Assembly: GCA_024685385.1 (NCBI GenBank)
Contig: JAIKVV010000018.1
Location: 12,422 to 76,421 of the forward strand
DNA from: Saccharofermentans sp.
Lineage (GTDB): Bacteria > Bacillota > Clostridia > Saccharofermentanales > Saccharofermentanaceae
Length of the DNA stretch: 64,000 bases
Direction: 5' to 3'
The position numbers and the translations under genes were made by a program. Below, in pieces: positions 1 through 8,551 of the stretch (its first letter is position 1; every line of letters begins with the position of its first letter). The notes under the pieces were generated by a model. It was not told the origin of the DNA, searched no databases, and worked only from the letters and a program-made list of their open reading frames with translations.

Positions 1-387
1 CGATGTAACGTTGGCTCCCATCTTATGAAGTTTGGAAGCAACCGGCATTGCGATGGCACAACCGACGCCGCCGCCTACCACGCAAACATTCTCGATTCCA
101 TCAAGTTCTGTAGCGGTTCCGAGAGGGCCGACAAAATCAACTATGGAATCACCGGGTTCCTTGGCATTGAGTTTCTGAGTTGTGGCGCCGACAACCTGGA
201 ATATGATCCTTACTGCTCCCCTGTCAGGATCTGCGCCTGCAATAGTCAGAGGGATCCTCTCGCCAAGATCATCAACTCTCAGGATGATGAACTGCCCGGG
301 CTCGGCTTTCCTTGCGACAAGAGGGGCTTCGATCTCAAGAGATGTGACCGTAGGGTTAAGTACCTGTTTGCTGATTATCTTATACAT
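1..387 (-). CDS. Ferredoxin-NADP(+) oxidoreductase-type FAD/NAD(P)-binding subunit (NfnA / sulfide dehydrogenase alpha / PyrK-like); the C-terminus lies beyond the window edge
   Basis: Not in the ORF track because it is open at the edge. My translation of the minus strand from ATG 387 gives MYKIISKQVLNPTVTSLEIEAPLVARKAEPGQFIILRVDDLGERIPLTIAG...NVCVVGGGVGCAIAMP. It has an RIPLT FAD motif and a GGGVG dinucleotide motif. A GGAGAGG RBS sits just upstream. Confidence 0.7.
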   Translation of the reverse strand, partial: MYKIISKQVLNPTVTSLEIEAPLVARKAEPGQFIILRVDDLGERIPLTIAGADPDRGAVRIIFQVVGATTQKLNAKEPGDSIVDFVGPLGTATELDGIENVCVVGGGVGCAIAMPVASKLHKMGANVTS

Positions 388-402
388 CTTTGCCTCTCCT
401 CA

Positions 403-1221
403 TCAGATCGAGAATCCTTCAAAGGATTCATGGAGTAATACTTCAAAATCCTCCTGAGCCATCTCTTCTCCTGTCTTCCAGGCGATGGAAGCTCCTCCCA
501 TCTCAGAAGACTTGGGGAAAAGGACATCAGTTCCGATCTTGTAATATTCTTCTTCGGTTATGGGCTTATTATCCGCATCCGTGCATTCGATGGTCTCTTT
601 CTTTCCGTCAACAGTTGTATGCATTGAACCTAACAAGACCAGTTCGACCCTCTTGGTATCAGGATTGAGAACCATGGTGTATAAAGATTCCATGCTCTCG
701 GCAGAACTTACTCTTACAACATCCGTTACGGCATACTGATAAACGCCGTCTATGACATAATAATTCATGGTTTCGACACCGATATCGGGAAGTGATGATC
801 CTTCCTGCTCCTCGCCGTCAAAATGGTATTCATCCAGTTTCATATCTGCATTGACTTCAAATATCTTGGCTGTGGTATACAGTCCGCTGCCCTGTATGGT
901 AGAAGCAATGATCTCAAGCCATCCGTTCTGATTGAGATCTGTTACCGCATAAAGATATTGAGGATCTCCATCAACAAGCCAAAGATCGTAATTATCGACG
1001 ATAATGTCCATCTGAATAGCCGTATCAAGGATCTCAGGTTCAGTCTCCTGTGATGCTTCCGTCGTCTCAGATGTCGTCGTAGTCGTAGCTTCAGTAGTTG
1101 TGGTAGTTGCATCCGTCGCGGAAGTTTCAGAAGAAGAATTCTCCGGTTCGCCGTTCTTGCAGGATGCAAGACTTAAGATCATCATTCCGGAAAGGAATAA
1201 TGCGATAATCCTCTTATTCAT
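403..1221 (-). CDS. Lipoprotein of unknown function
   Basis: 272-aa ORF. The N-terminus MNKRIIALFLSGMMILSLASC is a signal peptide plus lipobox. A Thr/Glu-rich linker (TTTTEATTTTTSETTE) follows, then a roughly 200-aa domain I cannot assign. Confidence 0.75.
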   Translation of the reverse strand: MNKRIIALFLSGMMILSLASCKNGEPENSSSETSATDATTTTTEATTTTTSETTEASQETEPEILDTAIQMDIIVDNYDLWLVDGDPQYLYAVTDLNQNGWLEIIASTIQGSGLYTTAKIFEVNADMKLDEYHFDGEEQEGSSLPDIGVETMNYYVIDGVYQYAVTDVVRVSSAESMESLYTMVLNPDTKRVELVLLGSMHTTVDGKKETIECTDADNKPITEEEYYKIGTDVLFPKSSEMGGASIAWKTGEEMAQEDFEVLLHESFEGFSI

Positions 1222-1267
1222 CTAAAAATCTCCCTTTTCTTGTTAATGATTTGTTTCATTGAAAAAT

Positions 1268-1295
1268 ATTATATACATATATTTTCAAAATTCAA
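1268..1295 (-). promoter_or_regulatory. Sigma-A-like promoter for the lipoprotein gene
   Basis: On the minus strand: TTGAAT (1295-1290), 16-nt spacer, TATAAT (1273-1268), about 45 nt upstream of ATG 1221. Confidence 0.4.
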
Positions 1296-1314
1296 AAACA
1301 AATCACGAAAAGGG

Positions 1315-2367
1315 TCAGACTGCCTTAACGTCCGGGTGATCTCCCCTGCCGGTAACTGCCTGATAGCCGATGGACTTAAGCCTTGCAGAGATGCATCTTG
1401 AACAAAGGGCGGCATCATCGGATATGCAGATCTTGCCGTCATATAACTGATACTTGCCGCGGTTTTCAACAGGTGAAAGATTGGGCATGATGACATTTGC
1501 ACCGGCCAGGATGCCTTTCTCCCGGCCTGATGCTTCAGCTGTTCCGAGAGCAGTTGTGGCAGGAAGCAGGACTTTAGGCAGCATGAGCCTTATCAGCGAC
1601 AATAATCTTAATGTCAGGGCTACATCTCCTGCAGGGCAGTCCGCAAAAGGAGTGTTCGCAGCAGGAAGGAAAGGGCCTATACCGATCATGTGAGGCTCGA
1701 ATCCTTTCATGAACATAAGGTCTTCCACTATATGGTCAAGTGTCTGTCCGGGTGTTCCCACCATGATCCCGCATCCGACCTGATAGCCGATTTCTTTCAG
1801 ATCATGAAGACACCTGATCCTGCTTGCCCATGACATCTTATCCGGATGGAGCAGGCCGTAGTGATCTTCATTGTATGTCTCGTGGCGCAGAAGATACCTG
1901 TCCGCACCGGCATCAAAATATGCTTTATATTCTTCACGGCTCTTCTCACCTATAGATAAAGTCACCGCGCAGTCGGGATGGCGCTCCTTGATCTTTGAGA
2001 CTATATAACAGATGTCTTCAGTTGAATATGTAAGATCTTCGCCGCTCTGCAGGACAAAAGTGCGGAATCCTATGTCATATCCCGAATCGGCACATCTTAT
2101 GATCTCATCAGCTGTCATGCGGTAGCGCTCACAATGCTTGTTTGATGCGCGGATGCCGCAATAATAGCAGTCGTTCTTACAATAATTGGAAAACTCGATT
2201 ATGCCGCGGATATAGACATCTTTGCCGAAAATGCTTTGAGCAACTTCCCTGGCTTTTTCCGCAAGGTATTCATCACAATACGCTGACGAGAGTATCTCCT
2301 TAAATTCATCAGCGGAAAGTGCCGTCGTCTCATAGAGTTTATCTATCAGCTTTTCGATATTCTCCAT
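1315..2367 (-). CDS. hydE: [FeFe]-hydrogenase H-cluster radical SAM maturase HydE
   Basis: 350 aa. The radical SAM motif CKNDCYYCG sits in the HydE-typical context IIEFSNYCxxxCxYCGIRxxN...RYRM. The gene starts 1 nt after the hydF stop. Confidence 0.85.
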   Translation of the reverse strand: MENIEKLIDKLYETTALSADEFKEILSSAYCDEYLAEKAREVAQSIFGKDVYIRGIIEFSNYCKNDCYYCGIRASNKHCERYRMTADEIIRCADSGYDIGFRTFVLQSGEDLTYSTEDICYIVSKIKERHPDCAVTLSIGEKSREEYKAYFDAGADRYLLRHETYNEDHYGLLHPDKMSWASRIRCLHDLKEIGYQVGCGIMVGTPGQTLDHIVEDLMFMKGFEPHMIGIGPFLPAANTPFADCPAGDVALTLRLLSLIRLMLPKVLLPATTALGTAEASGREKGILAGANVIMPNLSPVENRGKYQLYDGKICISDDAALCSRCISARLKSIGYQAVTGRGDHPDVKAV

Positions 2368-2368
2368 A

Positions 2369-3571
2369 TCATTCTCCGATCATCTCATAAAGATCAGGAA
2401 ACACCTTGATGCTCCTCTTTAATATCCCGTTCATATAAGCGATCGCAAGACCGTAGTTCGTGACAGGGCATCCCAGTGCCTTGGCTGTCTTGATCCTGCT
2501 CTTCATCTCACGGTCGTTGAGCATGCAGCCGCCGCAGTGAAGAACGAGTCTATAGGGGCTGAGGTCATCCGCAAAGGAAATGCCGGACGTTGTATCAAAG
2601 CTGATCTCTTTTCCCGTATATCTTCTGATCAGATTGGGAAGTTTTACGGTCCCAATGTCTTCACATTGTCTGTGATGACTGCAGCCTTCTGAAATAAGGA
2701 TTTTATCTCCGTCCTCTATCGAATCTAATGCTTTAAGGCCCTCAACGCAATCAGCAAGGATTCCCTTATGTCTTGCCATCAATATCGAAAAAGACGTCAA
2801 GAGGATATCATCCGGAACGATTTCCGAGACCCTCTTAAATGCCTGACTGTCCGTTATCACGAGCGCAGGCTTCTCCTTGAGCGACTTTATTGCTGCATCA
2901 AGCCCTTCGGGCTGAACGCAAAGGGTCGCGATATTGTATTCCAGAGCTTCCCTTATCACCTGCTGCTGAGGCAATATGAGCCTTCCCTTTGGAGCAGATG
3001 AATCGATGGGTATTACCAGTATGACTGTATCGCCCGCCCTGACCAGGTCAGAGATAAGAGGGCTTTCTTCAGGAATATCTTTTGCAAGGGATGCTATCTT
3101 TTCTTTAAGTTCATTGATGTTCGTCCCGTTAAGTGCGCTGACCGTTATGGAGTCAGAAGAAGCAGACTCAAATCCCTTTAGATCGGACTTGTTATAAGCG
3201 ATCACATAGGGAATGTCCCTTTCCTTAAAAAGCGATAACAATTCCTTATCGGTATTTCTCAAGCCTTCCGTTGAATCCACGACAAGAACGGCAACATCGA
3301 CTTTACGCAATATCTCACGGGTCCTTGCAACTCGCAGTTCCCCCAAAGATCCCGTGTCGTCGAATCCGGGAGTATCGATGATGACAACCGGGCCCATGGG
3401 CAGAAGTTCCATTGCCTTGCTGACAGGATCTGTGGTAGTGCCCTTGACATCGGACACAACGGCGAGCTGCTGGCCGGTAACAGCATTGACAAGACTTGAC
3501 TTCCCGCTGTTGCGGGCCCCGAAGAATCCTATATGGATCCTTTCTCCTGAAGGTACATCATTAAGGCTCAT
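2369..3571 (-). CDS. hydF: [FeFe]-hydrogenase H-cluster maturation GTPase HydF
   Basis: 400 aa. GTPase motifs GARNSGKSS (G1), DTPG (G3) and NKSD (G4). C-terminal Fe-S motif EGCSHH...LHCGGC. 4-nt overlap with the upstream gene. Confidence 0.85.
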   Translation of the reverse strand: MSLNDVPSGERIHIGFFGARNSGKSSLVNAVTGQQLAVVSDVKGTTTDPVSKAMELLPMGPVVIIDTPGFDDTGSLGELRVARTREILRKVDVAVLVVDSTEGLRNTDKELLSLFKERDIPYVIAYNKSDLKGFESASSDSITVSALNGTNINELKEKIASLAKDIPEESPLISDLVRAGDTVILVIPIDSSAPKGRLILPQQQVIREALEYNIATLCVQPEGLDAAIKSLKEKPALVITDSQAFKRVSEIVPDDILLTSFSILMARHKGILADCVEGLKALDSIEDGDKILISEGCSHHRQCEDIGTVKLPNLIRRYTGKEISFDTTSGISFADDLSPYRLVLHCGGCMLNDREMKSRIKTAKALGCPVTNYGLAIAYMNGILKRSIKVFPDLYEMIGE

Positions 3572-4728
3572 AACAAACCCTCCTTTATTGGATCGAATCC
3601 CGTAATATCCGGTATCTTCTTAAGATAAAGACGCCCGGACATTGCAAGATGCGGTAATTCGATAAACTTTATGTTCTCGGGACAGACATGCTTATATAAG
3701 GGGTCTGCGATCACGGTTTTTGCATCTTTAAAGGCTTCAATGAAATCATCTTCCCTATGACAATAAAGATCATTTCCGGAAGGAGCAAGAAGCGAACTGT
3801 CGCATACAGATACAACCCGGACATCAATATCGTTTCTTTTCTTTATCCCTGCCGCGATCGAGGATGCAGTTACAATTTCTCCCGCGATAATTCTATCTGT
3901 CCCGTTGCGATTGATCTCCTCATATGAAATACAAGGTTTTGATGTTTTAAAAGCATTCCTCAGTTCCCTGAAAACCGTATCAGCAAAACCTGCCGCAGGG
4001 AATCCTGCAACATAAGGGATACCGAAACTCTCATAAAGATACTTTGCGCAGGCGAGGCCCGTTGAGGAAATAACGAGATTTACATCAGTTGAAACAAGAT
4101 TGCCGCTGACCGCACCTTCTGACAGATCTCCCATGGCAAGTGAATACAAGACCTCAAAGCCGTTTGATTCCAGCATAGATACGACGGAAGCGATCGTCTC
4201 GGGATTTGCAAAGTCCAAAGGGGTTGCGCCGATGATGCCGGCTCTTATCTTCCCTGTTTTATTTGTCGTTTTCTTATCGATTCCCGAAGTCATTTGACGC
4301 ACATATGCTTCAAATGCTTTCGAAGCTCCGGATGCATAATCTCCCGTCGCGTTAGTTGACACATAAAAGCAAGGGATCCCGGTCCTTCCTGTGATCACTT
4401 TGGCAATGCCTTCAAAATCGGTACCGTTAAGAAATGGTATCGGAGAATTTGCCAAGGCGATAAATCTTGGAGATAAAGCATCAGCGGCATCAAGGATCGC
4501 ATTGATGAAGCGGTCGTCATTACCTGTTATGGCATCCATGTCATTAAGACCTGAAATATATATCAGACTGTCTTCATTGTACCAGCGGGTCTCATCGTGA
4601 GTGTTATATGTTGAATTACAGCCTGACGGATCATGGATCACGGTCATTCCGCCGAGTTCATAGAGAGCAGAAGCAGCGCCTGAAACGTCTCCTGTCAGGA
4701 CAGGCAGGATCCTGAATGTATTTCTCAT
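3568..4728 (-). CDS. Nitrogenase component-1-type oxidoreductase, NifK/NifN/BchB-like small partner (pair 2)
   Basis: I moved the start to ATG 4728 (MRNTF...), which gives an ATGA overlap with the upstream stop. Clear paralog of the 10843-11859 product, sharing SGAxxxLY, VIxDxxGC, DExRW, SGLxDMDAIxGxD and GxPCxxVSxN. The GC motif resembles the NifK/NifN HGxxGC motif. Confidence 0.7.
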   Translation of the reverse strand: MRNTFRILPVLTGDVSGAASALYELGGMTVIHDPSGCNSTYNTHDETRWYNEDSLIYISGLNDMDAITGNDDRFINAILDAADALSPRFIALANSPIPFLNGTDFEGIAKVITGRTGIPCFYVSTNATGDYASGASKAFEAYVRQMTSGIDKKTTNKTGKIRAGIIGATPLDFANPETIASVVSMLESNGFEVLYSLAMGDLSEGAVSGNLVSTDVNLVISSTGLACAKYLYESFGIPYVAGFPAAGFADTVFRELRNAFKTSKPCISYEEINRNGTDRIIAGEIVTASSIAAGIKKRNDIDVRVVSVCDSSLLAPSGNDLYCHREDDFIEAFKDAKTVIADPLYKHVCPENIKFIELPHLAMSGRLYLKKIPDITGFDPIKEGLL

Positions 4729-6023
4729 ATGCAGCTTACACACCCCAAACCCTTTCTCGGAACGATATCTTCCGTGTCGGATTCATTATCGTATGCATCC
4801 TTTATAAGTTCCGATAATCTTATCAATCCTTTGTATCCGTAAAGACCTTTAGCCTCGATAATATTTACGAAATGCTTCGTTCCGCAAAACCATGCAGCCT
4901 TCTGTCCGATCGCAAGATAATCACCGTCCAAACGTTCGGAAACCCTGCATCCCGGAGCGATCGTGGCTTCGATCAGAAGATCAGGATATTTTTCTTTCAA
5001 CAGTCCGAAAGCAGGCTCTTCTTCCAAAGAAACTGAATCAGCATATACTTTCTTTACGTTGATTCCGTGTTCAAGCAAGAGATAAGCAAGGCCGAAAGGT
5101 CTCGGATGCGCAGTATAATCGATCGCCACAGGCTTATCCTGAATATATGCTCTCAATTCATCAAGCGCATTATCAAGTCCGGTCTTGAGATCTGTCATAT
5201 CCGGCAATTCAATTCCAAGAGAAACTGCAAGCCTTCTCTCCCCTTCTTCTATCTCTTCTGGCAGCACAGCGAAAGGAAGATAGAGATAAGGTATGGAACA
5301 TCTCTCAGAAAATGACTTGACTCCGAGATCTCCGGTCGGATAGTTGCAGATATTTAAAGAAGCATTTCCAAGTTCCATATATTCTTCGAAAGTCTTCGTA
5401 TCGAAGATCTCCCGGGTCTCATATCCGGCCTTGTGTATCAGATCAAATATCTCTGAATCCTTAAACAAAGGCATATCAGAGCCTAAAATATTTACGGTCT
5501 TCTCATGCCGTTCTGAAGACGGAACAACTTCAAGCATCGCACGGCGCAAGGTCTGTTCAGGCGTTATATGAAGTTTTTGCATGATCGGATCCATGAAAGC
5601 CCTGATGAAAGTAACCCCGGGAAATTCCTTCTCAAGATTGGAATATACATATTCAAGATCGCAGTTTAAGAAGTGGTGAACGCATACCGGGAATACTATG
5701 ACAGCCGGAGGCAGTTCATCGAACTTCAAAAGGAGTTCCCTGATCCCCTCAAGAGTAACAGCCGTTATGTCTTCGGATACCATCTCATGTTCTTCCAGGA
5801 CAACTCCCGAAATGCGGTCCAGCATGTCCATTTCCGCAGCCGTCATTATTACGCCGCGCATGCAGTTATCGGCACAGATATAGACCTGGTGCGACCCGGG
5901 AAGTTGCATTCCGATATGCACGATGTTCCAGGTCCCGTGCACTGGCGCGTTGAATTCAAGTCCTGCCTTGAAAGGCGCAGGGAAACTTGCATCTTTTATC
6001 TTAACTGCTATGGTCTTATCCAT
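4725..6023 (-). CDS. Nitrogenase component-1-type oxidoreductase, NifD/NifE/BchN-like large partner (pair 2)
   Basis: 432 aa. Paralog of the 11856-13148 product: YICADNC aligns with VAPGCCG, and PPAVIVFPVCVHHFLNCD aligns with [18 protein letters not shown]. The protein ends ...RKGLGCVSCI. Confidence 0.65.
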   Translation of the reverse strand: MDKTIAVKIKDASFPAPFKAGLEFNAPVHGTWNIVHIGMQLPGSHQVYICADNCMRGVIMTAAEMDMLDRISGVVLEEHEMVSEDITAVTLEGIRELLLKFDELPPAVIVFPVCVHHFLNCDLEYVYSNLEKEFPGVTFIRAFMDPIMQKLHITPEQTLRRAMLEVVPSSERHEKTVNILGSDMPLFKDSEIFDLIHKAGYETREIFDTKTFEEYMELGNASLNICNYPTGDLGVKSFSERCSIPYLYLPFAVLPEEIEEGERRLAVSLGIELPDMTDLKTGLDNALDELRAYIQDKPVAIDYTAHPRPFGLAYLLLEHGINVKKVYADSVSLEEEPAFGLLKEKYPDLLIEATIAPGCRVSERLDGDYLAIGQKAAWFCGTKHFVNIIEAKGLYGYKGLIRLSELIKDAYDNESDTEDIVPRKGLGCVSCI

Positions 6024-6027
6024 CTTC

Positions 6028-6279
6028 TCAACCTACGACGTTTGAATATGTTGTCTTTACCGTTACACCTTCAAGACATCCGATCCTGCCGGACACTTCA
6101 CTCGTTATGTCCTGAGGCGCATCGATCGCGACCGTGATGATGCTTATATTTTTCGCGTGATAAGGAATACCCATTCTTCCGATTACGAAAGGAGCTGCTT
6201 CATGAAGGAGCTCGTTGATCTTTTCGACGGAATTCATGTCAGATACGATTATTGTAATAACGGCTACTCTTGTTTCCAT
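6028..6279 (-). CDS. TM1266-family putative iron-only hydrogenase system regulator (small ACT/NikR-C-like protein)
   Basis: 83 aa: METRVAVITIIVSD...GRMGIPYHAKNISIITVAIDAPQDITSEVSGRIGCLEGVTVKTTYS. This matches my recollection of the TM1266 family that sits beside hydE/hydG in Thermotoga. Confidence 0.6.
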   Translation of the reverse strand: METRVAVITIIVSDMNSVEKINELLHEAAPFVIGRMGIPYHAKNISIITVAIDAPQDITSEVSGRIGCLEGVTVKTTYSNVVG

Positions 6280-6293
6280 ACTTTCCTCCTTAA

Positions 6294-7298
6294 TCAGCAG
6301 ATCCTCGGCAGAAGTTCCTTTCCCGGAGGGGGCAGGAATGTCATGCCGCCGATGGATGTCTTCATGACTACTTTGCCTTTGTGATCGTCCGTAACCCTGC
6401 CGATTATCTTAGCGCCGGCAGTTTCTTCATAAGCGCTCAAGATCTCTATTGCCTTGTCTTCAAATTCAGAAGGCACGATGATCACAAGACGCCCCTCACA
6501 GGCAAGGTACAAAGGTTCAAGACCCAGAAGGCCTGTTACGCCGCGTACGGCAGGGTCCACCGGGATATCATCTGAAACGATCTCGATCCCCACATCAGAT
6601 GCATCGCAGATCTCATAAAGCACGGTTCCGACTCCGCCTCTCGTGGCATCTCTTATGACGTGAGTTTCAGGGATCTTTGAAACCACGGCAAGAGCGGGAT
6701 CTGCCAAAGGAGCGCAGTCAGATGTTACATCTGCTTCGATCCCGTACTCATCCCTTGCAAGCAGGATCGCACAGCCGTGTCTTCCGACGTCTCCCGTCAC
6801 GATAATCGAATCTCCGGGCTTTGCAAAAGCACCGGAAAGATTTACTTCATTTTCTATGACACCTACTCCTGCGGTCGTGATAAACAGGCCGTCCACCTGA
6901 CCTTTGCCTGCAACTTTCGTATCGCCTGCAACGATCTTGACGCCTGCCTTGCGGGCAGTCTCTCCCATGGCCTTAGCGATCTCTTCAAGGTCGGATACGG
7001 CAAAGCCTTCTTCGATTACATAGGAACATGTAAGATACAAAGGTCTTGCACCCATGCATGCGATGTCATTGACAGTGCCGCAGACCGAGAGTTTTCCGAT
7101 ATTGCCGCCGGGGAATTTCCAGGGAGATACGATGAATCCGTCTGTTGACATTGCGATCTTCCCTTCCGGGGCCGGCATTACGGCAGCATCGTCTGCGGTA
7201 AAATATTCATTATCGAGATTTTTCTTAAAGATACCGGCAATCAGTTCAGAAGTCTTATGTCCGCCTGAACCGTGGCTTAAAGTTATCTTATCTTCCAT
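6294..7298 (-). CDS. hypE: Hydrogenase maturation protein HypE (carbamoyl dehydratase)
   Basis: 334 aa with an AIR-synthase-like fold. Motif GGNIGKLSVCGTVNDIACMGA and the diagnostic C-terminal PRIC. Confidence 0.9.
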   Translation of the reverse strand: MEDKITLSHGSGGHKTSELIAGIFKKNLDNEYFTADDAAVMPAPEGKIAMSTDGFIVSPWKFPGGNIGKLSVCGTVNDIACMGARPLYLTCSYVIEEGFAVSDLEEIAKAMGETARKAGVKIVAGDTKVAGKGQVDGLFITTAGVGVIENEVNLSGAFAKPGDSIIVTGDVGRHGCAILLARDEYGIEADVTSDCAPLADPALAVVSKIPETHVIRDATRGGVGTVLYEICDASDVGIEIVSDDIPVDPAVRGVTGLLGLEPLYLACEGRLVIIVPSEFEDKAIEILSAYEETAGAKIIGRVTDDHKGKVVMKTSIGGMTFLPPPGKELLPRIC

Positions 7299-8337
7299 TA
7301 TCGATCAGTCCTCCATACAAGTAATATGCCGAGCAGGCACCCTCATCCGAGACCATGCAGGCGCCGACCGGATGGTCGGGAATGCAGGCTTTGCCGAACA
7401 TGGGGCATTCGAACGGCTTGATCTTTCCTTGCAGGACTTCACCGCACCTGCAGGGAGTCTTATATTCTTCCTTCATGTCGGGAATGGCAAACTTGACGCG
7501 CGCATCGAACTCACTGAATTCATCGCGGAGTTTCATGCCAGACATAGGGATCACACCGATTCCGCGCCAAAGCGCATCACAAGGCTCCATAAATTCATTA
7601 ACCAGTCTCATTGCGGCAGGAGCTCCTTCTTCCCTTACTACTCTGGGGTAGCAGTTTACAAGGAAAGGCTCTCCCTCCTGACATTTCTTAACCGCAACTG
7701 CAAGCGCTGTCAGAAGTTCAGGACCCGTAAAACCTGCAATGACGCCGCTCGTGCCTTTGGCGAGCATGGCTTTGCAGTCAGCTGTTCCCGTTATTGCATG
7801 AACATGCCCGGGATAAAGATAGCAGTCAGTGGAATCAGCCAGGACTTCATAGGCTCTGGGCATCGTCTTGTTAGCCGTCAATATCGAAAAGTTCTTTATC
7901 CCCTTTTCTTTTGCATATTTGACTGCGATAACATCTGATGGGGTCGTTGTTTCAAAACCTACAGACAGGAACACAACCTCCCTGTCTGGATTCTTCTCGG
8001 CGAAAAGAACGGCATCCTGAGGCGAATATACAACATTGATCTGTGCTCCCTGCCCGCGTTCTTTGATCATGGAAGACTTGATGCCGGGCACTTTTACAAG
8101 ATCGCCGAATGTCGTGATGACACATTCTTTTTCTCTTGCAAGCCAGCATGCCTCATCGATATAGTCCGCTGACGTAACGCACACAGGACATCCCGGGCCC
8201 GATATCAGTTCGATGTCATCAGATAACAGCTGTCTGATTCCGAGCTTGAATATCTCATGCGTATGGGTGCCGCATACTTCCATGATACGGATCTTGGGAC
8301 CCTTATAACTTTTAAGTACCGTTGCCGCTTCGTTCAT
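7288..8337 (-). CDS. hypD: Hydrogenase maturation protein HypD
   Basis: 349 aa. Motifs CGTHTHE (CGxHxH), GPGCPVC and GFETT, plus the C-terminal CRCGEV...CPMFGKAC cysteines. Confidence 0.9.
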   Translation of the reverse strand: MNEAATVLKSYKGPKIRIMEVCGTHTHEIFKLGIRQLLSDDIELISGPGCPVCVTSADYIDEACWLAREKECVITTFGDLVKVPGIKSSMIKERGQGAQINVVYSPQDAVLFAEKNPDREVVFLSVGFETTTPSDVIAVKYAKEKGIKNFSILTANKTMPRAYEVLADSTDCYLYPGHVHAITGTADCKAMLAKGTSGVIAGFTGPELLTALAVAVKKCQEGEPFLVNCYPRVVREEGAPAAMRLVNEFMEPCDALWRGIGVIPMSGMKLRDEFSEFDARVKFAIPDMKEEYKTPCRCGEVLQGKIKPFECPMFGKACIPDHPVGACMVSDEGACSAYYLYGGLIDNGR

Positions 8338-8546
8338 GACAGATACTCCTTCGCCAAAGTCTCTGATTCCGTAATGTCATCAGCCGTGATCCTTGCTATG
8401 GCAGCACCTGCATGGACCATAACGAACTCACCGGGTTCCAGGTCATCAAGGAGCGCTGCGGAAACTTCACGTCTTGCTCCGGATGAATCGACCAGGGCAA
8501 CATCACCCTTGACGCTTACTACTTTTGCAGATAATCCTACACACAT
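8334..8546 (-). CDS. hypC: Hydrogenase maturation chaperone HypC/HupF family
   Basis: 70 aa. N-terminal MCVG with the essential Cys2. 4-nt overlap with hypD. Confidence 0.85.
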   Translation of the reverse strand: MCVGLSAKVVSVKGDVALVDSSGARREVSAALLDDLEPGEFVMVHAGAAIARITADDITESETLAKEYLS

Positions 8547-8551
8547 ATTAT

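Noticed and set aside
25-668. Three overlapping plus-strand ORFs at the left edge (137, 91 and 92 aa)
   Set aside because: They are antisense shadows. The minus strand here encodes a well-formed NfnA-type N-terminus (1-387, with RBS) and the end of the lipoprotein gene.
7054-7938. 294-aa plus-strand ORF across the hypE/hypD junction
   Set aside because: It is antisense to two genes with unmistakable HypD and HypE motifs. It has no RBS and a low-complexity, Ser/Ala/Gly/Phe-rich translation.
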